Made by a program: the position numbers and the translations under genes
Assembly: GCA_000934665.2 (NCBI GenBank)
Contig: KZ538449.1
Coordinates: forward strand, 1 to 64,000
Direction of reading: 5' to 3'
Source: Catajapyx aquilonaris
Taxonomy: Eukaryota
DNA: 64,000 bases
The notes under the pieces: generated by a model
Databases searched by the model: none
Seen by the model: the letters and a program-made list of their open reading frames with translations, nothing else
Told to the model about the DNA's origin: nothing
Shown here: piece by piece, positions 26,947-41,530 of the stretch
Position numbering within the stretch: position 1 is the first letter of the stretch
How the letters are laid out: each line of letters starts with the position of its first letter

Positions 26947-27283
26947 TATGTGATAGAAGGTTTGCGTATTTTCCCCGAAATCAGTATCAAAAAATACATA
27001 GGAAACACCTCTCACTTTGAAGAAAAAATTTTTAACGCAGGCCTCTGATATATATAATAATATATATTATAATCTATTATTTTCCCCCGAACCATGCATG
27101 ACCAAGGCCTCTAACGTAACATACTGAACCTTGTGTCAGTCACACCTAGTGTCACTAAATATGACTTATTTAACGCAAACACATCACTAATTGTTGAGGT
27201 CACAATATATTCTTGGGCATGTGACTGAGCAAGTGACCAATATATATATATTTTAAGGGCGATAGCCCTTAAGTAAGACCGTA

Positions 27284-28128
<845 letters not shown>

Positions 28129-28148
28129 TATATATATATATATATACA

Positions 28149-28560
28149 CCGAAGCAGTGGTAGCGGAGGGGATTTGGTATCCGGCTGCAAATCGGGAGGT
28201 CCAGGGATCAAATCCCCAGGCCGGCAACTCTGACCGTGGTTTTCTGTGGTTTCCCACGGTCACCCCCAGGTGAATACCGGAGTTGTTTCCTAATCGTAGG
28301 CCACAGCCGCATCCTACCTTTCCTATCCATGTCCCACACTGGAGGAGGTGCGGTGTTTGTGGGAGGTCTCTTACCCGCACCTAGAGGGTCGTCTTTCAAC
28401 CTAAGCCCTCTGGGGGACTGCACACGGCCTCCGCCATGAGACATTGCACTTGCACCACTGTCCCCCCCTCCATCCTAGCACCGGAGAGATTGAAAAATGG
28501 TCGAAAAACCTCCCCCCTATATAAGCCTGAAGGCTTCAAGGGTGTAATTTTAAAAAAAAA
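28149..28560 (+). mobile_element. tRNA-derived SINE, family 3
   Basis: Head CCGAAGCAGTGGTAGCGGAGG and core CCGTGGTTTTCTGTGGTTTCCC..AGGCCACAGCCGC. Other copies at 30960, 62303 and 63237 (minus). Confidence 0.8.
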
Positions 28561-28584
28561 TATATATATATACACACACACACA

Positions 28585-29331
28585 CAGGGTGAATACTGTA
28601 ACTTTGGCAAAAATCACAGGGTGGGTAGTGTATACCAAGACAAGTATTTTTGACATAGGAACCCATGTCCGGCCGTTTCCCACACAATATTTGGATGCAG
28701 CCAAAGGCCTGAACAACAATCGTTGTTTGGCTGTTTACATAGCAATTCAAGATCCCAACACAATGACGCATGGTAATAAAATTGTGTCATCCATTAGTTC
28801 CATCTTTCATGACTAAAATCTGTGTAACAGAGTTGGCTGACCTTGATCTAATAAAATCCTCCGTTCGGCACTTGACACTCGAAATTGTCCACCTTCGTCT
28901 CCTTCACACGCGACACACCTGATGAACGCAAGTTTCGAGTACGGTGGGTTGCCTATCCACCAGGCGCAAGTTTCGAGTACGGTGGGTTGCCTATCCACCA
29001 GGCGCAACTAGAGACCCTTAAAGAAGAGAGTAGCCAACTTGTTATGCAAGGTCGTCTCTGATTCATTGGTGTCATTCTTACTCCAGCGAATCAGAGACGA
29101 CAGTTTTTGGAGTGTTGACGTGCTTTAAGCGGGTAGGGATCTCGAATTGCTATGTAAACAGCCAAACAACGATTGTTGTTCAGGCCTTTGGCTGCATCCA
29201 AATATTGTGTGGGAAACGGCCGTACCCCCGTACGGGGGCATTTCCGGACATGGGTTCCTATGTCAAAAATACTTGTCTTGGTCTACACTCCCCACCCTGT
29301 GATTCTTGCCAAAGTTACAGTATTCACCCTG
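28585..29331. mobile_element. Tc1/mariner-type MITE with long TIRs
   Basis: CAGGGTGAATACTGTAACTTTGGCAA...TTGCCAAAGTTACAGTATTCACCCTG, ~170-bp TIRs, internal 38-bp tandem duplication at ~28927-29007. Confidence 0.85.
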
Positions 29332-29344
29332 TATATATATATAT

Positions 29345-31399
29345 AGCATTTTAGAGGAAAACTAATTCCAGCTACGCATTCTCCTGGTGTTTCTCTTTCT
29401 TTCCATCCCGTAGAGATACCTACACAGAGCAGCCCTTTTTTTACATTCTTTACAAAGCTTTACACCTCTTCATCCTCCATTCCTTCCACCGCCCGTATCC
29501 ATTTCCTCCTCTCCTCCCTCATTACCCTGCAGTCCCTCACAATGTGCCCCATATTCTCCTCCCCCTCCCCACACAACAAACAGTTGCTCTCGGTTTTTGT
29601 CAGCCACGGCCAGCTTGCCCTGCACAGTGTCCCACATCTTAGCTTCGCCAACACCTTCAAAAATGCTACATTTCCTCTGTCCAGATACTGGTCTTCCTCT
29701 CCCTCTATCTTTACAAATCTGTAGTCGGGCCAGTTAGTCGTGTTGTCAATTCTCTCCTCCCTCTCCTTGACCATCCTCTCCCTCAGTTCCTTCCCTCACG
29801 AGTCCCATCGTTCTTCCCAAGTTTGCTTTAGCCACTCCTCGTTATGCTCCACCCCCCATTCACGTTCCTTCTTCATCACATCTTCCCACCAGGCATTTTT
29901 ACTACCCCCCTCCCTTTCCTTCTTCATCTCTTCCCATATCCTTCGCAACAGTCTGTCTTCCCCTAACCTTTCCACCTTCATAATCCACCTAACTGCCCTT
30001 TCTAATGCCGCCACTTCCACCTCCATCATTCCTCTCCAGCACTATGTACCCCGGAGTATTCTGGGCAACTCCGAGCCACCTCTAGAGGAACCCCAACTGT
30101 ATACACACTCCATTGCTCGTCCCACCTTCCACGCCCACACCTCAGCTCCCTGCAGTAGGATCGTTCTCACCATGCTACCATACAACACCTTTACCAAACC
30201 CCACTGTTCAATGTTTTGTTGCCTGCATATCCTCCTGACCCTGTGCAAACCCTGTCCATGCTTTCTGTCTTTGCGCCTTGATATGTTCCTGTATCCCCCC
30301 CTTCGTTGTGAACCAATACCCTAAGTATCTGTATTTGTTTACCACTTCTATCTCTTCCCCTTTCCAAAACCATCCGTCCCTTTTGGACCTTTTTCCTCCC
30401 TTCCTGAATACCATGTTTTTCGTCTTTCCCGGATTCAACTCTAAATCGTTTTTCTTTAAATAGGCTTCTATCTGTTTCACCATAATACTTAACTGTTCTC
30501 TTTCTTCTGCAACCACCGCCATATCGTCCGCAAACATCAACCCCCACACCTTTCCCCTTCCTAGCCTGACCCCCCCTGAATTTTCCTCCTGCAACATGTT
30601 CAACCAATCATTTACATAAATTATGAATAACAATGGGCTCAGTGGGCACCCCTGCCTCACTCCATTCGTTGTCCAAAATCTTTCCCCGCCTGTTCTTATT
30701 GTATTAATGCTCTCTTCGTACATTTTGCTTAGTAGCCTCCACACATTCCCCTTTACTCCTAGGTGCCATAGTTTTGTCATTAGTTTTACTCGATTCACTT
30801 TGTTGAATGCGGATTTGAGGTCCACGAACATCGCTTACATCTTCCCCCTCTTCCTCCCCAGCCTGTACTGTACCAGTGCGTTTAACATAAATATGTTGTC
30901 ACTTGTACTCCTCCTTCTCCGAAAACCAGCCTGTCCCTCATGTAATATGCCCTCCCCCACCGAAGCAGTTTGGTGGAGTGGCTATAGGGTCCGACTGCTA
31001 ATCGGAGGTCCTGGGTTCGAGCCCCAGGGCCGGCAACTCTAACCGTGGTTTTCTGTGGTTTCCCACGGTCCCTCCAGGAGAATTCTGGGGTTGCTTCCTA
31101 ATTTTAAAAGGCCACAGCTGCCTCCTTCCTTCCCTATCCTATCCCAAATAGCAAAAAGTACACATATAAGCAAGAGTTCCAGACAAAACAAAAATCCCCC
31201 CTAAAGAGCCGAAAAAGGCTGATAACGGGGTAAGATATTATTATTATTATTATTATTTATTATTATTATTATTATTATTATATTATTATATATAATATAA
31301 TTATAATAATATAAATATAATAAATAAATAAAAAATAAATAAATAAATAATAATAAAATAAAAATAAAATAAATAAAATAAAAATAATAAAATAAATAA

Positions 31400-31433
<34 letters not shown>

Positions 31434-31493
31434 TAATAAATACAAAATAAATAAAATATAATAATATAAATACCGGTATATTATATATTATTA

Positions 31494-31536
<43 letters not shown>

Positions 31537-33019
31537 ATGCCCTCCCCCTCAGCCCATGCCCTTATCCTAGCTTGTATAATCATGGCCCAAATCTTGTAAA
31601 CCCCGTTTAGCAGTGCCACCCCCCTGCAATTTTTTACTTCCTCCCTTGAACCACCCTCATGAATAGGATAGATTTGTGCCTCCTTCCACTGCTCAGGTAT
31701 CATCTCTTTCTCCCACACCTTTCGGAACAAGTTCCATATCTCCTCCACCATCACTTCCCCCCCTTCTTTTAGAAATTCCTTTAGTACCGTCCGTTCCAGG
31801 AGCCTTCCTCTTTTTTAGCCTCCTGATACAATCTTCTATCTCCTTCTTCGATATTTCCCAATCCCATCTCTGGTCTGCCTCTTCGACCCCACCTTCCCCG
31901 AACTTTACTACCCTTTTTTCCCTATGCCCCCCCAGTAACCCAACAAAATGATCCCTCCATTCCCTTTCCAGTTTGAGTTAGGTGCTGATTCCCTACACTT
32001 CGTCTTTCCCCTCAATTTTTCCCACATTTCCACCTCTGTTTTTACTTTTTTCCAATCGTCCACCATTTTATTCACTTGTTCATTTTTCTTCTCCATGCAT
32101 AATTTGCCATATTCTTTCTTTCTTTTAACATACTCAAGTCTGTCTCTTTCTTTCCCCTCCTTTTTATACACCCTAAGACTTCTCCAAACCATTTCCCTTT
32201 TAATTTTACAGTCTCTGTCAAACCAACCCGCCCTACTCTTTTTTTCTTTTCGTCTCTTGAATCTCATCCCCACAGCTGCCCGTTCTACCCATTTGTGTAT
32301 CCCTATGCCCATGTCGTCGACTGTGTCCTCCTGCATCTTTCCCACGTTTCCGTCTTGCAGCCTCTCCCTGTACTAGTCTCCTTTCCCCTCTATGCATCTG
32401 TATCTTTCTCCCTCATCTCTCGTCTCCTGGGCCACCTCTTTCTTTGTTCCCCCGTCCCTGATTGTCACCTCCAGCGGCTGATGGTCCGACGCAATCCTCG
32501 TTCCCACTTTCATGTCTTTGATTTCACTCCACCCATCCTCGTCCACCACTGCATAATCAATTACCGATTTACCTTGTGGACCAATGAACGTTAAATCCCC
32601 ATCCCTGTCACTCTCCGTCCTTCCATTTATCACCAGCATACCCCACACTGACCATGTGTCCAATAATATCTCCCCCTCTCTGTTGACCGTCTTGTCGACT
32701 GAATGTCTGTCCAGAATGTCTCTCTTTCACCTGCCTCTAAGGCTCCTCCTTCCCCTATCCTTCCATTAAAATCCCCACACACATCCAACACACCCTCTCT
32801 TCTTCCTCCTCACTCCGCCCTCACCTCCTCCAACTCCTTCCCCCACCCTTCAACATTTTGCACATACACCCCCAAAATCTTCCACCTTTTTCCTTAGAAG
32901 GTCGTTTCTAAACTCACACCCTGTTTTTCTGTGGTCATTTTCACCTACCTCGCTCTTCTCCACCCAACCACTATCCTATCCCCCCTTTGGTCCTTCCCCA
33001 CTTCTTCTCATTTGTTGCC
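29345..33019 (-). mobile_element. Decayed LINE (APE endonuclease plus reverse transcriptase ORF2, frameshifted)
   Basis: Fragments LTFIGPQGKSVIDY..IASDHQPL (APE), FVDLKSAFNKVNR, GVRQGCPLSPLLF, FADD, YRYLG (RT) and CLLCGEGEENMGHIVRDC. The 3' tail probably resumes at 27241-27286. Confidence 0.9.
30959..31532 (+). mobile_element. SINE family 3 with expanded AT-rich tail, inserted in the LINE
   Basis: 16-bp TSD TAATATGCCCTCCCCC at 30943 and 31533. Confidence 0.85.
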
Positions 33020-36000
33020 CTGGGCCTAACTCATCTTCTGGATCCAAGAGCACTCTTGGCTTCTTTGCTCCGATGCGCTTCGCTGCAGCCTCTTGGAAAT
33101 ATTTATATACCATCATGTTTTTGTACTTGTATCTAGGTTTCTCCCCAGAGTCATGATTCGTGATACTAGAAACTCCGTCTGCTTCTTTCTCTCCAGACAA
33201 TTTCGCTCTCTTCCCATCTGTTTTATCAGAGCTACTTGACACTTCAGTTTTTTGGTCACTATGTTGTCTTGCTTCGGTCGTATCTTGATCAACATTCACT
33301 TCTGCTGCAGGGATGTCTGGGGGTGCGTGCTCTGCTGGCAGCTCATAATCTGCTCTCAAGTCTACCTCTTCACAATCTACATCAGTTAGCTTAATTATAC
33401 CTGCCAACTGAGGAGCCACAACTTTCCGCATGTTTAATGTTGATTGCTGCCAAATTACAAGAAATGTATCATTACATTGAAACATCCCGCGTAAGAGTGT
33501 GGGACTTACCTGTAAATGCCAAAATGTTGGAGAATCAATTCTAGCATCTTTCAAGGAGGCTTTCCAGGTGGCCGAGTGTGACGTAAAGTCATCCAATTGC
33601 GGCTCTGGTAGAAAGCAGGAGTAGTCTCCAGACACACTATCACCCAGGAAGCCATGGAAGTCATCACCTTCAAATTCTTTGTCATCATTCAATGACTCCA
33701 ACTCCTTTTCCATCAGACTGTAAGACATTTGCAACAGTGTTAGCATGCGGTTAAATTCTCTGAAATTATTAACAAATGGCACTGGCACGAATACCTTCTC
33801 TGTTCGGGCATTTCCCTCTTGACTCGAATGGTCCATGCCCGGATAACAGACAGGGAATTTCCAGGGTCATCCTTGATAAATCCTGGATTTGCTTCAGATT
33901 TCTCTGGCAAATCATTCACACTGTAACAGTCAGTGACATATTGATATGAGTCAGCTTGCATAATATTTCTCATAACAGGTAGCAATATTAAACTACTCTT
34001 TACAGTAAATATTATTCTCAGTTGCAGACCCTTCTCCATATGACAAATTCTTCAGTAAGGTTAGTGGAGTGTCATCATATCGTACATAAAGAAGTGGAAG
34101 TGGGATAATTATTATCTATGCATTCCAGTACCTTAAGAGTGAATACATGATCAATGTTAACTCCAAAATAAATGGATGATATCCATTGTTAGTTAGGCTC
34201 CGTTGGAGTAAGTGCAACCAGAATTTGATTAGGTGCAGTTTGAAGGCATGCTACTTCCTCAGTTATGAGCAAGTGATAAAAAATGTAACGGACAATATAC
34301 CTTACCTTATTGGCTTTCAAAGTATTATTATTATTATTTATTATTTATTTATTCCATGGGCTCGCGCCCTTAGGAAGCCTTCCCTTACAAGAATATACAG
34401 AATAATCACAAACGTCACTCAATACCGGATAACTTCTTTATCCATAGATAGAAAGGACCCGGCTCTCATTAAGTTAAGACAATATCAACAAAGCGGAGCA
34501 GCCGGGTAGCTTCCCTAAAGTAATCATGCACTTTCGTCATTAGTTGGTGGTGGGGGGCAACAAAAAGTAATCTGGGGTACAATTTAGGTGGAGCAGCTAC
34601 ATCATCAAGGCAATTAATTCTTGTTAAATGGAAAAATTGGCATTCAAACAGAAAGTGGTATAAAGAAAAAGGTTCAGCATCATTACAAAGTGTACAGGTT
34701 TCTTCTGACCATGGGTATTTGTACCCGTCAAACCAGATGTGCAATATATTCAATCTTAAATTAGCCCATAGTTGCGAGTGACGCAGGCTTTCAAAGTAGC
34801 CTATTGAGTAACATTCATCTAGGTGGGTGCTCGCTGCCACACTTGCTCCGCAATATGGGGTAAGTGCGATTGTGGCATTCTCTCAGAGTAATATACACAG
34901 CTTGGGTTGCATAGGACCACCACCACAAAGACACAAACTTCCTATGTCAGTATGTTTTTCCCAAATAAAAAAATGCCAAGAAGTTCTTACACGACGAACT
35001 TTTATTTACTGCTCCGCAACAGGTTGGCTAACAGTACTGGCATTATCTGATTAAAATGCATTGTGTGGAAGTGTTTTCACGCCAATGCATTAGCATGTCA
35101 CCAGTCGCGGAATATCTATTGGTTACCACACCAAGATGTCTTGTTGCCTCTTTTGTCGACCGCTACCTTTATTCATCCAAGAGTGCATTGCAATTTGTTC
35201 CACATACCGGTATTAATTGTTTACGGACTTGCCCCTAACCATGTTTAGTCAGGGGCAAGTGCGTCACCTCTTTTAAAAACCAGCCTGATTATGACACCAA
35301 AAGGGAACAATAACAGCATGATAGTGCACCTCAACCTCTTATGTACAGTACCAAAGAGGTTACGCAGCATGCGATTTAAGACTCGTCAAAAATTCTGCCA
35401 AAGATTCTTACATACTCGCCGGAAAAGTTAAAACACCACCTTGAGCTTGGTGACCATTTTTTGGCTATGTTTCGAAAGGAAGATTATCGTGCTACTGTTA
35501 GCAGAGTAGGCAAAGGTCGTTGTCAACGTTTACGTATATTTCCGATGCTCCTGCCACCTTGTGCTATATATTACCGTATTTACACGCATATAAGACGCAC
35601 CCTGGTTTTGAGGCGAAAAATCGTGGAAAATCAGTTGGTGACTCATATAAGACGCACCCAGATTTATTGCCGTAGTTTGGGAACGGGCCTCGAGCTACCT
35701 CGTGTGCAATGCATGTGCGTGTGGAATCCATTACAATACAGTAAAGGGGGGGGGGGGGGGGGNAGTGGAAAATGGGACAATGCTACGCATCTGAAACGTA
35801 TAGGTGGCAAGGTCACACTGGAATTGTGCACGAGTGTGGACGGGGAGAGCATAACAATGGAAGTGAAGGAGAACGCAGGTCGTACCGGGCCGATTTCAAG
35901 AGGAAAGTGATCAACTGTGCTGACAGTACATCAAACCGACAAGCTTAAATTTTTCAATAAACGATTTTCACGATTTCTCATGGGTTTCACCCGTTGTGCC

Positions 36001-38403
36001 CTGCCATATAAGACGCACCCTACTTTTTGAGCTACAAAAATCGGAAAAAAGGTGCGTCTTATATGCGAGTAAATACGGTAGAAGCAATTTCGCACTTGCC
36101 CCATTATTGCACTTACCCCAACTTACCCTATTAGATATAATTTATCATCACCAACAGCAGATAACAAGGATCAGACACTTTCTTTTGGAGAATTCAGGAA
36201 TACACAGAATTAACAAATATAAGCACTGGATTTTTTGATTTTTTAATATCCCATGATAGGAACTGAGGGGAAGGGGAAGTCCCCAAGGGAGGGCGCTGTG
36301 CGGTAGTCATTTCTGACATCCATTAAACACCAGGTCTTTTCTCCTGGCCCCGGGTAGAGAAGGGAGTGCAATTCTGCCCCGGCATGTCGGGTGAAAAGCG
36401 GAAAAAGACCCAGCCAAGCAGAGGTGACGGGGACGGGATTTGAACCCCGGCCTCCCGCTTGGCTGGCCAGTGGCGTAGCCACTAGACCACCATGCCTCCC
36501 TAAGCACTAGTACTTGTGAATACTGACAAGGGAAGTGTAAGTGTTTCTGAATGAAACTTGGCCCAATAATATAGCCAGGTAAGTTATTAAAGTAAATGCA
36601 AACAATTTAGGCGAATGCCCACAAGGTCAAAAGTTATTATGACCTCTCGAACTCACAAGGGACACTTTCCAAGGTCTCACCGATTTCTTGAAATTCGGTA
36701 CATTGGTAGGCCACCCCAAGGGATGAAAAACTCACCTGAAGTGACCTGCTCAAAATGACCCGGTTGACCCCTTTTTCGGGGCTGCCAATGCACCGAATTT
36801 CAAGAAAATGGGTGCGTTTTCGGCATTTATGAGTTTACCTCTGTCCCCCAAAAAGGGGTCACCGGGTCATTTTGAGCAGGTCACTTTAGGTGCGTGTTTC
36901 ATCCCTTGGGGTGGCTTACCAATGTAATGAATTTCAAGAAAATGGGTGAGACCTTGGAAAGTGTCCCTTGTGAGAGGTCATAACTTTTGACCTCGTGGGC
37001 ATTCGCCTAAATTGTTTGCATTTTCTTTAATAACTTACCAGCCTATATTATTGTGCCAAGTTTCATTCAGAAATTCCACGGACAACACTTACACTTCCCT
37101 GAGATCACAGTAGCACAAATAGATGCAAATATGTGTAGCACAAGACAGTCAACTTGCATGGCAGCACATTTCTGTCAAGAAGTTGCAACTCACTTGTGCA
37201 GCACTTATACTTTGAACAATGCAACCAGAGTCATAAAATGTTGCAACCACAGATGTTAGGTAATCTCAGTAGAGCCCAATGCTCTTAATGACACCAAACT
37301 CAATAAGCTCATTAAAAATTCCGCTCATCCCCTTTGCCTGCCACAAGACCAACAAATAATTTGTCTCATTATTCATATAATATTTGAATAAAATTTCCTT
37401 GCACAGCTGACTTGCACTTCCTCCCAAAAAGGTGCAGCAGGCACATCAACCACACCTGATCAGTTGCAAGACAGTCTCAGTAACCGCATTGGGCATACCA
37501 GTGTAAATCGTTTACCATGGCAACAGCATCAAACTGCTAATGACTTGCACCATTGCACTGTGCTCTTGTTGGCACCCATTTTCAAACCCACTATTTGGCA
37601 TTTGGCCTTGGTCACCTGCTACATAGCAATGTAATCATGACAAATTGTCCCAGAAGGTAGTTACCCCATGATCTATGCATTTGCAGGAAACTCAATACAG
37701 TGTCAGAAAATATACAAACAGTATGTTCTGTCATAATATTTCTATTGACTCTTGTCTAGTGTTCAAACTTCGGGCATAGATCTCTGCAGGGCACATGTGC
37801 TGATCCTGTCTTCCCACCCTTGCCCTCTCCATCCATAATTATATAATATATAATAATAATAATAATTGTGGGTAATGCTTTCACCCCCAAACGGGGGTAT
37901 ATCGCATGAACCTTTATTTATTTTTATTTTCAATTTTCTCAACTTCGGTGCAAGGAATCAAGGAAATTGGGTAAGGATAGGGATTTTCGGGGAGGGGACA
38001 CGAGTGCAAGTGCAATGTCGTTAAGCCGGTCATGTGCAGTCCCCCAGGAGGCTAGGTTGCCAGACACCTCCTTGGTGCAGGTCAGAGACCCTCCTGACGC
38101 AGGTGAAAGGAAAGTTCCCCAGGCGGGGATCGAACCTGGGGCCTTTCACTCAGCAAGCCGAGACGTTACCATCTCGGCCACCACACCTCCTCCCATCCAT
38201 AATAATTCAGTTTATGCACACTCCAAACCAAAGACAGTCTTGCAAAGAAGTGCTAAAAATGTGGATAAAATTTCATGCTAATACCGGAACTTGTTTTCTG
38301 GGGCAGCTAGGAACCTCTCCGGAATATGTGGATACAATCTTGGGGTTAGTTCTTCTGGCATTGTCCCGTGAGGGGGTCCCACATAATACTGGTGACCTTC
38401 CAT
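33020..38403 (-). CDS. Spliced coding exons of unknown domain, probably the N-terminal half of the HIRIP3-like gene
   Basis: Phase-consistent exons 38285-38446 (probable ATG at 38403, MEGHQYYVGPPHG), 33795-33920, 33510-33717 (LMEKELESLNDDKEFEGDDFHGF) and 33407 down to ~33020 (LAGIIKLTDVD..YKYFQEAAAKR). The 102-nt stop-free intron 33408-33509 explains the read-through ORF 32976-33836. The link to the 20742 exon is inferred. Confidence 0.65.
34324..34860 (-). mobile_element. 3' fragment of a non-LTR retrotransposon
   Basis: ORF 34469-34840 with CTLCNDAEPFSLYHFLFEC motif, then a stem-loop and an (AAT)n tail. Confidence 0.7.
35574..36078. mobile_element. pogo-like MITE
   Basis: TA|CCGTATTTACACGCATATAAGACGCAC...GTGCGTCTTATATGCGAGTAAATACGG|TA. 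Confidence 0.85.
36232..36500 (-). mobile_element. tRNA-Gly-like SINE, family 4
   Basis: Head GCATGGTGGTCTAGTGG..GCCAAGCGGGAGGCCGGGGTTCAAATCCC and TSD TAAGCACT. A copy lies at 62514-62840. Confidence 0.8.
36529..37100. repeat. Foldback element with ~250-bp diverged inverted arms
   Basis: AGGGAAGTGTAAGTGTT... pairs with ...AACACTTACACTTCCCT. Confidence 0.85.
37840..38190 (-). mobile_element. tRNA-derived SINE, family 1
   Basis: Reverse copy of the 7118 element with TSD CCATCCATAAT. Confidence 0.8.
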
Positions 38404-38779
38404 AACTCTTTTGCAGATCAGCACAAATTTGTCATCACCAGGAACCCTGAAACATAACAAAATAACTTACTCAAAACATATTTACTGGCTTTAACTTTTT
38501 GCTACTCCATACTCACTACTCTCTGCCATAAATACTAGACTCCAGATTACTTGACTCTGTTTATTACTAAAATAAATACTATTACTGGTACTTTCGAATA
38601 ACTCAGTTATTAGGAAATACATGTTTTAAATCCTAGTCAGAAGAAATTGAAGGCCCCTGAAAAGCATGTACCAGTTGTCACTCTCACCATAGAAAAATAT
38701 CAATTGGTTGTATCAGCTTCCATTATGAGAGTTTGATGCAATGGTTTCCTCATCACAACAACAAAAAGGAACATTGTAT

Positions 38780-39178
38780 TAGCCCCCGGACACTCCCCCT
38801 ATAATAAATTCTTATCGCCTGATGGGGCGTTTTGTGGGAGGTGCTCACTTGAGAGCGCCTTTCACTGATGTAAACACATGTGGCAACCCTACCTGACTGC
38901 GCTGAACTTAGGTGGAAGGGAAGAGTCGGTCAAAATTAAGAACCTACCTATTCTACCTATGTTCAGCGTAGTCAGGTAGGGCCGCCACATGTCGTGTTTA
39001 CATCAGTGAAAGGCACTCTCATCATTGGTCAAAATTAAGAATCTCATACGAGTATACTCTGAGTATACTGGTATGAGATTCTTAATTTTGACAGCCTTCC
39101 CTTCTACCGCACCGCACCGCAAAATGCCCCGTCAGGCAATAAAAGGGAGTGACCAGACCTAAGTATTCTAAGGCCATG
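38780..39178. mobile_element. Hairpin element with 8-bp TSD (family copy C)
   Basis: TSD CATTGTAT at 38772-38779 and 39179-39186. Ends TAGCCCCCGGACAC...TATTCTAAGGCCATG with nested palindromes. Confidence 0.75.
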
Positions 39179-41189
39179 CATTGTATCATCCTCCAAAATC
39201 ACCTGAAACTTTCTTCATTGACCCTCAGGGCCTGTTCTCACCTGGCCACTTCAGTCGCGCGTAACAGCCACTCCCCACTGCAGTCACTTTCGTCTGGCAC
39301 TGCAAGCGCTCGAGTCGGCCACTGCACTGGGGCAGAAGCTCACCACAGCAGGTGGGCGAGTCGTATGCAGTATGGAAATCCAGTGAAGACCATGCACTAC
39401 TGATACTCCTATTGAAAATGAAGAAAATAATATTGCAGGCAACACAGGAAAATTCAAGTTCGAAGGACTGTGCCATACCGTATTTGAGGATTCTTTATCC
39501 AAAATTCCGCAATTCGAAAGTTTTTAAAATAATGCTGACATGACACGTCACAAACGGAAAATTCCATGTGATTGTGACATGACAAGCGTCATTTCCTGTA
39601 CATAGGCTACTGTATGTGCATGTATAAACGTTACTAAAAATTTATACAAATATTCTTAAATCCGAAAAATTGCAGGTCCCAACTCCCAAGCATTTCGGAT
39701 GAAGGATTCTCAGCCTGTAGGGGAGAGCTCCCCGCTCTCCCCTACAGGGTTCAGACGCGGGGTTAATCTGGACACCTTCAAATTTCCCACTTCCTGCATA
39801 GTACATAGACATCTAGCGGGCCACACTGGAACGTCTACATCATACGCATTACCCATTGTGCTGTGGTTGAGATCGGTCCATCAGTTTCACGGCAAGAATA
39901 GTTTTTCGTTTTTTGACCTCTCTGATGTAATATTTCGTGACGGCATCGTATGGTTCTGACGCCTCGCTTCGCATCATAGGTGCGCGGGAAGTCGTACATG
40001 CCGAAGTATGCCTACCTGACATTGAATCGGGTGTGTTATCTGTGGCATGCTTTCGTTAACAAAGGCGCGAGAAGCCATGTTTACTGCGAATGCGCAGTGG
40101 GGAGGAATCGGACGCAGTGTCAGCAGTGTCCGAATCCTCCCCACATGCATTGACGCAGTGTCCGAATTCTCCCCACATGAGTCCTAACTCATGATATAGC
40201 CACATGATATAGCCTATGTATTCAGTTTCAGAGTAATAAACTAAAGGATATATATTTCTATCCCATTAGCACTCGAATGTAGGCCTATCATTCTGTCCGA
40301 AACCGCCCCACATCTTGTCCGGATCCACCCCATATATGGGGAGGGTTCGGACACTTTACATAACCGCATTTAAAAATGCACTTAATAATGGACTTATATA
40401 AGGACATGCCTTAGTGATAATTTTGAAGATTAAGGACGTACCATTTATGTCATGCATAAAACGCTACTTGAGAAGGTTAAATTTAAGTATAAAAAATTAA
40501 AACGTAAAAACTGTCCGAACCCTCCCCGCTCTCCCCTACCAAGATCTGAGGCAAGATGATTAAATGTTTTTTCGATATTTTCAGCAGCTGATGCATCCCA
40601 AATAGTGGGATGGGCCTCGACTTCCTATATAAAGTCATCGACATTTTATTTCCTGAAGTAATTGCAGAATCCACGGCGGTAAAGTGCCCTTTCCTCGCGG
40701 CATGGTGAACTAGCATGGACATATGACTGAACCTGTGGTGGACGTCAGTGGTCTGTGGCTGTGGCTCCGCGTGAATGCACCAATGCAAAGCAATGGTCTG
40801 CTACCTCGCGGCCTCTGGCCTTGAGCGCTTGTAGGAGCAAAGACGCTTGCGCCTGCCACTCAGTGCAGCATATAGAGAAGCACTGTCCATGGGTTAGATG
40901 TCCCCTTAAAAGTGGTCATGTTCGTGACTGTTACCTGGTGCTTCTGTGGGCCTGCAGCTGAAAGCCTTAGGCCCCCAACTACAACTTATTAATCGTCGGA
41001 GCAGCTGGTGTACTATAACCTCACAATGGGCAACATATCACGTACTACATCAGTGCTATTATTCTAACACGACCAAAAAAAAAAATCACAGCATGGAACG
41101 GCAGCACCCCTTTTCTGTGAACTCACATTCGAGTGTTGGAATATCCTTCCGCAGGTGCATCCCACTGTTCCGGGCTCTAGGCTACTTAC

Positions 41190-41530
41190 CGGTAGATGTA
41201 AAACGGCGCGCACCAAATGACTTGGTACGTTCCGTGCAACGAGATGGTTCCGTGGGCCTGATGCAGGGATTCCAGGGAAGAGGTCCGCCAAGCGTTGTTC
41301 CAGAATTTTCCTCCGGCCCGCGAACGCTACCTAAGCTCACCCTGCTCAACCAATGCCCGACAGACCTAGGTGCCGATTGGCTCTCCATCACTGAACTGAC
41401 CAATCGCAGTCATTTGGCGCGCAGTTAGCAAAGCGATGTAGTGCCGCCGCTACTAGCGCCCTAGCGGGTAGTAGAGAAGAGAAGCAAGGCGTATCTCATC
41501 TCCACATGTTCGAAGATGGCGGCGCGAAGG
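41190..41530 (-). promoter_or_regulatory. Probable promoter and first exon of the minus-strand gene with exons at 38446-33020
   Basis: CpG-rich unique DNA, strong donor CG|gtaagt at ~41189, and a YY1/Pho-type AAGATGGCGGC motif at ~41513. The TSS is inferred. Confidence 0.4.

Noticed and set aside
32976..33836. Single-exon 286-aa protein
   Set aside because: Read-through of two introns and into the LINE; the spliced model fits better.
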